A stretch of 64,000 nucleotides of DNA from Vitrella brassicaformis CCMP3155 (Eukaryota > Protista > Chromerida). Position numbers and translations under genes: made by a program. The notes beneath the pieces were generated by a model that was given only the letters and a program-made list of their open reading frames with translations, had not been told where the DNA came from and searched no databases. The stretch is from the NCBI GenBank assembly GCA_001179505.1, contig CDMY01000385.1, forward strand, positions 248,001 to 312,000, in the 5' to 3' direction. Below, in pieces: positions 25,101-37,353 of this stretch. Each line of letters begins with the position of its first letter. Position 1 is the stretch's first letter.

Positions 25101-28100
25101 CGAGCCTGACGAAGGATCGGCATGGACAGTCCGCACACGGCGGCCACTCAAGGGTCGGCCGGGGCAGCGCAACTTCAACTACCTGCAGATCTTCCAGACA
25201 GAGCTGTCACTGCCCAAGGACATTAACTACCAAAGGTACCTGGAGGTGGTCGTCATCGAGCCTGCGTCGGGCCTCAACCTCACCGACACCGTCCTGGGTG
25301 CCACCTACATCCACCTCACCCCCTCACTGCCCGGACTGTCTCGCACTGCGAGAGAGAAATTGCGACAGACCTTCCGGCCGAAGACATACGAAGAGCTGAG
25401 ACATGAGAGCATTGCAGCCAAGAAGGTATGGATGGGTACATGTGTCGTCTCTACTCTTTGTGCTGTAATGTACTCGCCTCTTCGTGCTGCAGAGGGACGT
25501 TGAGAAAGGTGCCGAGGAGGCCGATGGTGAGGAATTCGAGCTGCCAGGAAATGACGAAGAAAAACTCAAAGAGCTTGAGGTACATACATATACGCAACTC
25601 CGCCACATGGTCGGTTCCCATGCATATATTGATGCTGTGGTCTGCAGGTCTGCAGGCAAGAGGGCCGTTATCTCCCGATAGAGAACCCGAAGCTCTTGAA
25701 CACCCGCTTCATCGGCCAGGGTGAGTTCGTCAAGCGACGGCAGCCAGGCACGTTCGTTGTCAGCGGAGAAAAGCAATGCGATGTGAGCCACTGGATAGAA
25801 CGCTGCGCTGTCCTTAGACAGAGCAATCGATAGATGTGCTCCGTCTTAGGCGGAGGCGTTTGATGCTCAACTGACGGCATTTGAGTGGCCGGTGGAGATG
25901 GCAAGCCCATCTCTCGCAGCCACGCCCAGCATCGAACGCCCCGAGCTGGCGAATGTGCTTGAGAGCGATCTGCCTGGCGAGCTGTGCCCCTTCCAGGTGG
26001 CCTACTTCGCAAGGGCCTCTCAGGGCGGCTGCTGGCTTTGGGTGAGTGGGTGCCGGAGACAGTCGGCTATCTCCTCTACAACTGCAAGATCAGCGAGGAG
26101 GGCTTCAACGAGTACGAGGAAGACGATGTCATGAAGGCTTTCCCAGCGAGCACTGGCGGCAAGCAAGACGCGGTTCGCCCATCCACTGCCGAGACGACCG
26201 CATCGTGGTTTGGGAGCTTTATGGGGTTCGCCAGCAGCGGCGCAGTGCCAAAATCTGACCATCACACAGACGAGGAAGCAGCTTCTCAGCAGATGGGTGA
26301 AGATGAAGGGCAGAACGAAACGAGCGAAGAGAGTGGGAACGAGGCGGCCAACACGGCAAGGAGCAAGGTGGCGTTCGCTGCGCCCAGCGAGTCTCGTGTG
26401 CCGACGAAGCGGCGGAAGGACCAGAGCATGTTCGACAGGCTGGATGAGCTGGAGGGAGACTGGAACAAACTCAAGGCTCACATACGGGAGAGCGCTGAGT
26501 TCATCCTCCGGGTCTATCTGCTGTCGGCCCACGGCCTGACCTGCAGCTCACACAAGCCCTCTGTCTACCCTATGTAAGTAAGCTAGCGAGACCAAGAAGG
26601 AGGGAGGGTTGCCATGACACGTCAGGGATTGTTTTGGTTTGTTCTGTCAGAGTGTCGAATCTGGAGGAGACTTTTGTGCAGACTTCAGTCAAGGAGGACG
26701 AGGGCGTCTTCTTTATCAACGACACCAGATACGCCAGGAAACAGGGCATCGAGCCAGGTAGAAGGACACACAGGCATACGAAGGCACCGCCGGCTCCCCC
26801 GTCTGCTTGCGTTGCGTGGGCATCAGAGTTTCAGAAGTGCTATGTCCTCAACTGTTCGTTCCCCGAGTGCGCGACCCTCCAGATCCGCCTGATGAAGCGC
26901 AATACCCTGCTCTATGAGGAAGAGATCGGTCGGACCACCATCGACTTGGAGCGCCGATGGTTCAACGTCAAGTGGCAGAAATGGATGGAGGACAACAAGG
27001 TGCCCATCGAGGCACGGCCGCTGCTGCTCGTGACGACCGGCAGCGCGGGGAGCGACGAGGGCGGGCTGACTGTCGCCCGAGGGGCACTTCGTTTGTGGGT
27101 TGAAATACTCATGAAGCAGCAGGTGGCCAAGCGGCCAATCGAGGCCCTCCCGAGCCCTGATCCCGAAGAGTGGGAACTGAGGGTGAGAAGACGATGAAAC
27201 TGGCTGGCGAAGCTGTGCACTACTTGTTTCTGTCTCAGGCAGTGGTTTGGCGAGTGAAGAATGTCAGAAAGGAGAACCAGGACTCCGTATGTATCTTCGT
27301 CAAGGGGTCGTATACGAACGACACCAACCACAGCCTTGAGCAGGTGTGGAACGTTTCCCTTCCTCGGACACCGCCAGCATGCCTCAATCAATGTGCATTT
27401 GAGTGTCGTGTGTCTCTCTTCTCTTATGCAGACGACCGACACGCATTACAATTCCAAGGACGGCACTGGCCAGTTCAACTGGCGGTGGGTGTTTCGCGTA
27501 ACGAGCCCCTCCGTCTACCCCGTCCTCAAGGTGCAGCTGTGGGAGTGGGGCCTCACGGGGTCCGCACCGCTCTCGGAGACTACCATCGACCTCACTGCAG
27601 ACCTCGCAAGAGTAAACGGCAGCCAGCATGGACACAGACACAAAGCCGACACTTCACACACTCTGCACTGCAATGTGTGTCGCGTCAGGCTAAGCGCAGC
27701 AAAGCGTCGCTGCACAAGGAGAGGACATGGGTTCACTGCACTCACCCAGCGTACCCAGGAGAGGTAGGCAGAGCAAGACATTTGTCTCATGTCTCACCTG
27801 ACGACAGACAAATGTGTGGATGCAGTCCCGCGGGTCAGTGGAGCTGGAGCTGTGGTACGTGCCGGGCGATGTGGGGCTCCACAACCCTGTGGGAAGAGGT
27901 TGGGAGGAGCCCAACAGGGATCCCTACCTCGAGCATGTCACCGAGAACCGGGACTACCTCAACACTGCCGCCCTCCTCAAGTCAGTCACTCATGTGATGG
28001 ATGCTGTGTGTCTCGATGAAATCACGCGCTGGTGGATTCTGTCGTCTGCGTGTCTTGATTGTTGCACTCACTAGGACGGTGGGTGACATCGCCGGCACAG

Positions 28101-28276
28101 TGGTCGCGGGCGCAAAGTGGATGACAATCGCATATGTAAGACGAAAATACACTTCGGTGGTCGGGGCTGGAAGGAGCGACAAACTCTCTTGTGTCTCTAT
28201 TTACATCCGCAGATAGTGGCTGCCTGGGCTGGGGGTGCCGTTTTACATCGTCATGCTGGTCCAGACTCTTAAATGA
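22114..28276 (+). CDS. Ferlin (multi-C2 domain, C-terminal membrane anchor), many exons; two apparent frameshifts (~24255-24262, ~26006-26015)
   Basis: Repeated C2 motifs (PSPYVEVKV; INPFVQVKF...NPEWNE; QAVNLPIADIDGMSNPYCK; IGRTTIDLERRWF; TDTHYNSKDGTGQFNWRWVF), GRGWEEPN..P.L, and a terminal hydrophobic segment. Confidence 0.9.
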
Positions 28277-28571
28277 ACTGAATGAACCGAACGGTGTGCG
28301 TGATAGTGATGCGTCTTGGTCTAGCTACGATTCCTTGAATAAAGAAAGAGACAATTGACGAAAGAGAGCTGTACTGTGTGCATTGATTGATATCAACAGA
28401 TAAATCAGCCAGCGTGCTGTCGTGTCCTCACAGCCACATGTACACACAATGATTGATAAAGGACACACAGCACGTGAAGTATAAGGCACGTCCATGCTCA
28501 TCAGATAGATACAAATAAACCCGACGAATAGAGGCCAGGCCCACAGACTCCATCAATGAGTGGCTGTCTAG

Positions 28572-30485
28572 CTAGCATAGACGAAAGGCCTCGTGTATCG
28601 CCACCATATCAGCGGGCTTCTTGACCCAGTGGATCAACGTGTAAGACGTCTCACACAGCGCCCTGCTCCGACTTGACGGTTGGACCACATCCATTGTCGC
28701 TTTCCTATTCCTCCTCGAATGTCGCAAGGACATCTTCTCTGCGCGGGTGAAGGGCTTGAGGAGGGCGGACAAGAAGGCGTGGATCGGTCGGCCACGAAAG
28801 AAAGCCCTGTCCACGTCATGGCACGTGCACAGCGATAAAGGGAGCCTGTGGTCAGTCAGAGACAAAGTAGATAGAATACATCCATGACATGAGCCGTATG
28901 CACACTACACTTGTTGAGAGTGAGGTGGGGGCTGGGCTCACTTGTTCAGGTTGAGTGGTGTCAGCCAGGTGCCCACTGTCGCATCCTCCATCGAGAAGAA
29001 CTTGAGACCAACCTGCACACAAACAGCAGCCCACAACGGACGCAGTGGATGGCATGCCGTCGCATCCCATCCACTCCCACCGACCCCAATCTGACTTACC
29101 TTTCTGTCCATGTCGATGAGCAGCTCCGCGACATCCCTCGACAGCCCATAGCCGGCCCCCTGCGCGAATGCCGGCCACAGCTGCAGCCCCGTGTGCAGGT
29201 AGTACTCCCGAGCATAGTACTTGCTGTACCACTCCAGATGCACAGGGCTCTCCACTGTGAAGAACCCCACCCACAGCCGATCCAGTGACCCACGCTGCGA
29301 CTCGGTCAGGAGGGAGCTCATGAGCCGCGGCAGGTGGAGGTATGAGTCGTCGTCAGTCTTGAAGATGATCTGGCAGTCGGTGTCCTGTGAGGCCCACTGG
29401 AAGATTCGCCAGGTTTTCCGCAGGATCTGCTCGTAGCCCTCGCCCGTCTCAGCGCCATTATCCGTTAGGTAGATGATGTCGCCGTGCTGCTGCGCCTCGG
29501 CCATTACCCTCGCCGCCACGTCGTCACTCAGTGCAGACTCGTTTGTCGGCGGCCGGTCGAGAACGAAGACGGTCTTAGAGTGGCCGATGACCGTGTCGCC
29601 CCACCATGCCTCCCTGCTCGCCCACGTCGCCCGAATGGCGTCGCGCAGATGGAAGTTGCTCGCACGGCTGAGAATCCCGACCCCCACTAAACACGAGTAG
29701 GTATCGGCCAAAGCGTCCTCAAGCTCGACAAGAGATCTCCCATGTGCAGCGGTTCGATGCGGCCCTCTGTGTGGCGAGTGGACGAATGACGCATCCAGGT
29801 GGTCGAGGACGCTCCCCATGTTCTTGGATGGCGTCAGCATGGCTTGGCTGCGGAACCATCGCTCCAACGACACCCATGACGCTTGCAGAGATGAGACTAG
29901 AGGAATGCCGACCCGGCGGGAAGCTTTCTCCACCACCGGTGCAGCTGCCGGGGCCGCCAGAGGCCTCGGGATGCCATTATCTCCGTCAGAAAATCCCTCC
30001 TCAGACGCTGTAGTTGTCCCCAGTCCTAGCCACAAGACCACGAGTATAAGACCAAGTGCGGACAGACAGCTGACGACCACCAGCAGCCTCAGGCCCTTCT
30101 GTGGACATCTCGCAGGCACCGGCCCGCCGACCCTCACCCACACTCGCCAACACGCCCGCATGCTGCGCTCCCACGGCGAGTCAGCGGCACTCTTGTGCTC
30201 ATCAGGGTCATCTTGAGTGCCGTCCGCACACACCTGATGAGGTCTCTTCTTGCGCTGGATGCCGACGACGCTTCCAAAGGGGCTCTGCATCAACTGAGCA
30301 GGCATGGAGTGCTGTGCATGCCCTCGCGGGTCGGAGGGCCTTGAAAACGGCGGACGACGAAAGCAGGGGACCTCGGGATCTACTGTTGCCGCATCGTCGA
30401 TGCCTGGTTGCGGACCTGCAGAGTCTGAGAGCGGTGGCATCGGCAGATGAAAGAGATGACTGGCTGCTGATGCGGTGTCCTCCAT
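28572..30485 (-). CDS. Type II membrane beta-1,3-galactosyltransferase (GT31 family)
   Basis: It has an N-terminal TM (LLVVVSCLSALGLILVVLWLGL), RDAIRATW, EAQQHGDII, FKTDDDSY (DxD), FAQGAGYGLSRD and MEDATVGTW. The start codon is uncertain. Confidence 0.9.
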
Positions 30486-30755
30486 GCATAAGCATCCCCT
30501 TGGCTGTGCAGTCGAGAAACCGCTGCTGGGCAGATCCACTCAGCTAAGCTCGCAGATGGTGCTGCTCGTGTGTTGAGCAAAAATGGCATCAACGGTGTTG
30601 ACGCAGCCACGGCAGTGCTAAGCTTGCTGTGCTGAAGACGAATCTTGCCTCTGTCTTTCTCTTTGACCCCCGCATCTACTCATCACAGAAGATCTCTGGT
30701 CGCAGCACGTGCCGTATCCCCTTCTGGCCCTCCAGCGCAACTCAACTCATCGCTC

Positions 30756-32303
30756 ATGAGTGATCTGGAGTGTTTCACCTTTCCCAAGTACGAAACCAAG
30801 AAGATAGGCGGCGGCAACTATCGCCTCATCGTGCTCGACCCAGCCCTCGCTCACTACAACGTCCGCAAGTGGACTGGCAGACGGGGCGCATCGGAATTCG
30901 CCGGCGAGCAGCCTGACCTTCCTGCACCAGCGAGAGGTCGGCCTGCTGGAGATGTGCGGTGGGACGATGAGATAGATGAGGATGTGGAGGGCGTGGAGCA
31001 GGAGGGCGACCAGTGGATCTGCCGCGTACATGCCCTCCCGGAGACAAGAGGCGCGGTAAGTCCGACCAACAATACGCGCCATGGAAGCGAAGCACTCATC
31101 GCATCGTGTGTGACGCTTTCTGTGCCCTTCGTTCGTGTGTGTATCATTCAGATAGTGGGCAAGCAGGGGCAGCGGCGCAAGAGGCTGGAGGAGGCCAACC
31201 AGGTCCGCATCAAGATCCCCGGCCCAGATGCGTCTGCAGACGAGCCGGTGGTTATCACAGCGCCCATGAAGGAGTCGGTCCTGTCAGCCAAGGCCGAGGT
31301 AGAGATCATCATCGAGCGTGAGATGGACCGCCTGCCCTACACACACTTCATTTCCCTCCCACTCACCGGCGGCGACGTCGTCTCACGAGTGGAAAAGTGG
31401 CAGCAGGACGCCATGCGCCGCGGCTACCGCAGCATCGACGGGAGCCTCTTCATGCCTGCGAGGCGGCTTCACTTTACTGTGTGCATGCTGCGGCTGCACA
31501 CTCAGGCGCAGGTGGACAAATGCGCCCAGCTGCTCCAATCGCTGTCCAAGGACATATATGACGCCGTCAACACCAGGACGGTGCTGGTGCGGCTCAAGGG
31601 CTTGTTCATCCTCAATGACGATCCATCCAGGTGGGTTGGGTGAGCGACACACACAGATGTTCTCTGTTTGTGCTGTCACGTCACTTGTGTCATCCATCCA
31701 TCCATCCATCTGTCTGTCAGTGTGGACGTGGTGTACACGGGCGACCGTGAGAAGAAGGAGGTGCAGCAGCGCATCAACGCCATGTGTGACGTCATCTTCA
31801 AGGCCCTCATCCACGAGGGCCTCACGTCGCCGAGCGAGCTGCACCGGCAGCGGCTGCTCGACACATCTGGCACCTCAGCACACCTCAACCTCCACGCCAC
31901 ACTCATCAACACCAAATACAGATACAAAAAGGTCAGCCTGGCAGGCACCGAACACATCCTCTCTGCATCAATCGCATCATGGATGTCCCTGCTCTTCTCT
32001 CTCTCTGTGTGTCGTCAGGCCGCCGTGCCGCCGCCCTCTCCCTCCCCGGATGCTGAGTATGCGGATGACCCAGACTGCTCGCAGCCCACCCGCGGCCGCA
32101 CCAATCGACCTCGCGGCAGAGGGGGCGGCCCGCCCTCCGCCATGCCGCCAGGAGAGCCCATCGATGCCACCGGGCTGCTGCGGGACTTCGCCAATGCGGT
32201 GGACTATGGTGAGGTGCGTGTGCCTGGTGTGCATCTGTCGAGGCTGGATGCATTTGACGAGTCAGGGTACTATGAGAAGGTCGCCGCTGTGGCACTGCCT
32301 TAG
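30756..32303 (+). CDS. ASCC1: ASC-1 complex subunit 1 (KH + 2H-phosphoesterase)
   Basis: The KH motif IVGKQGQRRKRLEE is followed by YTHFISLPL, two HxT motifs (RLHFTVCML; NLHATLINTKY), DATGLL..F..VDYG and the C-terminus SGYYEKVAAVALP*. Confidence 0.9.
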
Positions 32304-32962
32304 TGCAGTGCATGCATGTGTGTGTGTGCCGTGAGCAAGCCTTTATGCTGACAGGGGTGTTTTGTGTTGAAGTTGCCTATGAGATTTGATGGTCTTATCG
32401 TGCCGCACGCTTTGGATTATATCGTTGGACCTCATAAGATCGCTCTGCAGTGTCTGTCTGCTCTTCTTTTCGTCTGATTCGTCGTGGGACACGATGAAAG
32501 TCTCTCTCATTCGACGCAGGCTTGCTTGCTTTGTTTCTGTCTATGTATCGATGTATCTATCTCGCTGCTGGTCGTTCTGTTGTCATATTCACTGCTGGCT
32601 TTCCTTGTCTTTGCACTGCACGCGGCCATTTCCTCCCTCCCTCCCTCCCTCCCTCCCTCCCTCCCCATCCATCCAGACAGCCAGACAGCCAGGCAGGAGA
32701 GCTGGCAGCCAGGGAGAGGAAAGTGAAGAGGAAGAGAGCAAAGTGGCGAAGGAACGCACACACATCCATTCATTCACCCGCATCCATCCATCCATCCATG
32801 CCACACACGTAAGTAACACGCAATCCCCGCATCCATTCCCTCCCCTCTCCCTAGACCGCACCGTCTCAAACGCAAAACATCCACCCCACACCGCACCAGT
32901 CACGCCATTACTTGGGCGACGGCCGATGGTGCACGGCCGGCCCGTGATGGCCACCGACAGGG

Positions 32963-35923
32963 CTATCTCCCCCTCGACCGCCCCGCCCTCCTCTCGGCCG
33001 GCCCGCCCCCATCGCCGCCGCCTGGCCCGCCCCTGTGGCCGCGCCATCCGCCGTCCCGCTCGTTCTGTCGGGTGTTTCCGTTGTGGCGGTAGTTGCCATG
33101 CTGCTGTCCATTGGCACCTGGGCTGGGCAGGATGGTGGGGAATCTCTGCTGCTGCTGTTGCTGGTTGTCGGGCTGGGCATTGCCGTACTGGTTCATCTGG
33201 CCGTAGTTGGCACCGTAGGCGTTGTAACCCGGCCCGTACCCACCATACGCCGGCTGTTGGTGGTGGGGATGGTGCTGGAGCTGGTGCTGGTTCTGATACT
33301 GCTGGTGTTGCTGCTGCTGCGCGGCATACACGTTGCCGCCACCACTGGCGTTGGCCCCTGCCCAGCCTCCATAGCCGCCCTGGTGCTGATGCTGCATCGG
33401 CTGCTGCTGCTGGTGTTTCTGGTGCTGCTGGTGCTGCTGGCCGCTCATCATCGCCGCCTGTCCGTGGTGGGCAGCGTAGCCGCCGGCCGGCACACCTCGG
33501 TTGGTGGCCGTGTGGTGGTACTGGGTGGCGCCGGGCTGGCCCTGCTGCCCATGACCTCCCTGCTGTCGCCCGTTGCGATGATGAGTGCGGTGGTTGTGCT
33601 GGTTGTGGGGGCGAGGCGAGGGCGTGAGTGGCGGGAGCGGCGGGCGGCGCGTGGCGTTGCTCTGGGGCGAACCGGGGGATGGCATCCCTCCGGCATAACC
33701 ACCCTGCTGCTGCACACATACATACAACGCACACGCAACACAAATTGTTGGCATTGCATGGGTGATGACATCAATCACGGTTTGTGTGGTGCTCAAAGGT
33801 TTTCTTCCCCCTACTTACCTCAGACGCGGGCGGTGGCGGGCTGTTGACAAGCCCCTGCTCGTAGGGCGACGGAACATAAGGTGGGGGCGGGGGCGGTGCA
33901 GCCGCTCCCATGCCCACAGCCATCCCAACCGCGGGGCCAAACACCTGCCCACCTCCCTGGGGCGCCATCGGCATGATGATGGGCGCCTGCGTGCCGTCCC
34001 CCATAGCCGCCAACGCCAGCATGGCCTGAGCCGGGAAGAAGGCCGCAGGGGGCACAGGTGGCATCATATGCTGCTGGGCCTGCTGCGGGACGAACGGCTG
34101 AGCCACAGGGACGCCCTCGCCCTCAGTAGCGGGGGGCGGCAGCGTAGCTGGAGGCTCCAACACCACTTCGGCCTCCTTGTCCCCCTCCCCTCCCCCAGAG
34201 GATGCAGCGGGCTCCACAACGACTGGCGGCGCTGGCGGCAGAGAGTGGACCGAGTCATGGATCGACGGGGGCGGCACGGCTGCGGGCGGCTGCTGTACCT
34301 GAGGCTGGGGCTCCTCAGCGACAGCCGCAGGCAACCCCTCGCCATTGCCGCCCTGCATGTCCTCAGTCTGCATGCCCGACTCACTGGTCGCTGCCGGCTG
34401 GGGAACGGCACCCACACCCACACCCACACCAGCATCTTGCTGCTGCCGCTCCTGTGGCCCCTCTCGTGTCGCCTCTCGCTCTCCATCTTCCCCCTGCTGC
34501 CCTTGCCCGTCGTGGGCCTGGCCCTCCTGCTCTTCTGGCTGTGGCTCCACTGGCTGTGGCTCCACTGGTTGTGGCTGCTCAGCCACTTGGACGAAGCGCA
34601 GACCAGTCGCATCAACTTGGAACTGGTGGCCCGCCGGCGGGCTGTAGTAACCCGGTCGATCGCCGCCCGTCGGCTGCATGCCGAAGTAGGCAAGGGGGCT
34701 GAACGCCTCAGGAGGCTGCCGGCCGCCCATCAGCTGGACGTTCTGACCCAACCACTGCATGGCGTCAACCATGACGGCATCGATGGGAATATCGCCCCGC
34801 GGGCATGGCGGCGGCTGCTGCATTCAGAGAGAGGGAGCGAGGGGAAGGAGCGATGATTTCGGGACTATCATCTGGTGTTGTCGATTGTCTTACATCGTCT
34901 GTGCCTTGCTGATCTGGGTCAGCACGAGGCTGCTCCGGATCAGGTGCCGGCGGCTCGTCAGCAGGCCGCTCGTCCACAGCGTCAGCAGGCCGCTCGTCCA
35001 CAGCGTCGGCAGGCGGCTCCTCATCAACGTTGTCAGCAGGCGACTCGTCAACTACGGCATCGGGAGGCGACGGTGCGTCCTCCGTCTGCGACTCAATACT
35101 CTGCATGAAGAAGAGAAAGCGGAAAGGATGCAATACACACAGAGGGTCACTCACTCGAGCCTCTCTTGCCCTCCCTTCCTTCCTGCGTACCTCAACGACG
35201 ACAATCTCCGTTTGGGTGGTGGCATGCCCCTTGCCCTTGCTTCCCTCCCTCCCCATGCCCTCCCTCGCAGCCTTCAGGCACTCGTCCCTCACCTTGATCA
35301 GCATCGCCATCTCCTGCTCCTTCTGCGACTTGCTCTTGACCTTCTCGGCCTCCTCCCTCAGTAGCGTGCTGGGGTCCCGCGCCTCGAGCCGAGCGATGGC
35401 TTCGAGGGCTTTCCTGTACTTCTTGATCTCCTTCAGGATGATGCTGAAGCTGTAGTCGTGCTCCTTCAGGTACTTCATGAGCCGCTCGAAATCCTCGTCC
35501 TGGCGGGCTGACTGCCCCTCTCCGTCCTCCTTGGGTGGAGTGGCGGTGTCCTGGGGCGTTCGCTGTGCCGGCGTGTTGACATCAGCCGGGGTTGCGTCGT
35601 GGTCAGGGGTCGCCTCGTCATCGGGAGCTTGTTCATTGCTCGCTGGGAGGGCGAGGGCAACAGGTCCGGCGGGCTGGGCCGCGTCGGCGTTGGCTGCGGG
35701 CGATGCCTCGGGGGACGACGGCTGGGAGTCAGAGGGGCGGTGGGCGGGAGAAGCCGCCGGGGAGGCCTGGGACTTCTTCTGAAGGGCACACACAGACCAC
35801 ATGGGGAGGAAAGCGACGTGCAGGTGGTCAGAATGACGCCCATTCGCATGCACTCCTCGCTACGCCCGCCACATCCCCATGTCACACCCCTCCCACCTTC
35901 TTGTCCTTCTGCTTTCGCCCCAT
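32963..35923 (-). CDS. Caprin/PYM-like helical module plus Q/Y/G/N-rich prion-like region and RGG tail; putative RNA-granule protein
   Basis: MGRKQKDKK is spliced to an S/P/A-rich region, then LKEIKKYRKALEAIARLEARDPSTLLREEAEKVKSKSQKEQEM. An intron at ~34822-34893 links the two long ORFs. The C-terminus is Q/Y/G/N-rich and contains WRGHRGG. Confidence 0.65.
34957..35052 (-). repeat. 24-nt coding tandem repeat (PADAVDER units)
   Basis: gtcagcaggccgctcgtccacagc is perfectly repeated at 34957-34980 and 34981-35004, with degenerate copies following. Confidence 0.85.
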
Positions 35924-36043
35924 CGTCCTCAACTCGCTTGACTGAGGCGGCTGAACGGCCTCATCTTCAACGACAGCATCCAAACCTCCCTCAAGCTCGC
36001 AAGCTCGCAGTTTGCTCCCACTGCTCGCCTCGTCGCGTTCGCG

Positions 36044-37185
36044 ATGCGGCTCCATCTTGTTATTTGCGTGTGCTTCATCGCGGCAGCATGCTGCTTCCGG
36101 CCTCCTGCAGCTCGTCCTGCAGCAAAAGTCCGCAGCCTCATCGCTCCATCATCTGTGCGCCTCGCTGCGCAGCCGGCCGTCACTGCTGCTGCTGCTCCAA
36201 ATGAGCTGCCGGAGATGGTATCTGAAACCCCTGGCCTCGGGGATGTCCTGAAGGACCAGACATTTTATCGTGCTGGGAGCGGCGAGCCCGTCCAAGTGAA
36301 AGACCTGCTGGAGGAAGGGAAGCCGGCCATTGTTGTCTTCCTCCGGCATCTGGGTGAGTTGCTTGCACTGGATGGGGGCCTCATTGATGCGTGGGAGATA
36401 TATGTGCCCTCGATCCTGCTGCCGTGGGTCAGGCTGAGTGTACTGCTGGCAGCTGATGGAGGAGTTGACGGCGGCGCTTCCGGCCCTTGAGCGCGCCAGA
36501 GTGACTCTTCTCGCTGTCAGCATCGGCACTCCTGACAAGGCCAAGAAGCTGGTGGATGATCTGGGCTACCTCAATGACCAGATCTTGTTCGTTGACATCC
36601 CTCCTGACCTCAAGTGAGTGAATGTGAGGGGATGAGATGAGTGAGAGAGAACACATGATCCATCCATCACTCGCCATCCATCTGCCGACCGACTGGGACG
36701 GCGTGTTTCCTTCCTTCTGGTTTTGCTTTGCCTGTGTGTCAGGGCCTACCGAGCGGTTGGCCTCCTTCCCTCGTTCTTCACGAGGCCTCGTCGGGTCCCA
36801 CCCGATCTAGGTGGCCCCTTGCAGCTGCTGAACCCATTCCGATTCCAGGAGAATATCCGTGTCATCCGGGAGCAGTTCGACGCCTTTCTGCCGCGGAAGG
36901 AAATCGCTGACAAATGGCGCCCCCGCCCCTACGCACCCACACAGGTAGACGCGTATAGCCGCCCTCACGCACCGCACATGATGCGATTTCCATTGTGGTG
37001 TACGCTATGCCCCGTCGTGTGTTGCGTGTATCGCCCAGGTCAAGGCGGTATCCCAGCAAGGTGGCGCTTTTGTCTACGACTCGAAGGGAGAGCTGATCTT
37101 CGCTTCTCGCGATCGCATACCTCCTGAGTATGTGCCTGTGCCTGAGCTTCTCGACATTGTGGGCGTCAAGACAGCTGCTGCATAA
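36044..37185 (+). CDS. AhpC/TSA-2 (PRXL2/SelU-like) thioredoxin-fold selenoprotein with UxxC; signal peptide plus Phe-initiated plastid transit peptide; 4 exons
   Basis: Exons are 36044-36353, 36433-36613, 36743-36944 and 37039-37185. The splice ctg g|gc TGA gtg tac tgc gives VVFLRHLG-U-VY-C-WQ. The frame stays open through VSIGTPDKA and QQGGAFVYD to TAA at 37183. Confidence 0.9.
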
Positions 37186-37353
37186 GCTGTGGGTGTGTCG
37201 TGTGTGGTTTTTCCGCTGTGGGGGCTCTGCTGATGGCAGAGAGAGATGATCCCTGATGGCCAGGCGAGATAGACGGACCGCATTTGTTTTGGCTGAGTGA
37301 GAGGCATGGCGTGCAGCCTTGCCCGTGTGCTGTGCATGTGTGTGTGCCCTTCT

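Noticed and set aside
9184-26015. Genome-wide programmed frameshifting (Euplotes-like) as a common explanation of the four frame breaks
   Set aside because: There is no shared slippery motif, the directions are mixed (+1 and -1), and all can be fixed within short homopolymer or dinucleotide runs. Sequencing or assembly error is more parsimonious without read data.
26041-26061. 21-nt GT...AG micro-intron in ferlin
   Set aside because: Its length is a multiple of 3, so it cannot fix the frameshift, and it would delete the conserved ETVG segment.
28213-28276. Possible third ferlin frameshift in the terminal TM exon
   Set aside because: An alternative acceptor (gatag|tgg) gives a hydrophobic in-frame tail without any indel, so a frameshift cannot be claimed.
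34957-35052. Direct repeats as a CRISPR-like array
   Set aside because: These are head-to-tail 24-nt coding repeats without unique spacers, in a eukaryotic exon. No cas genes are present.
37246-37270. ATGA...GA hairpin as a canonical AUGA SECIS
   Set aside because: The stem is only about 4-5 bp with no apical AA, too short for helix II. The 37354 element fits far better.
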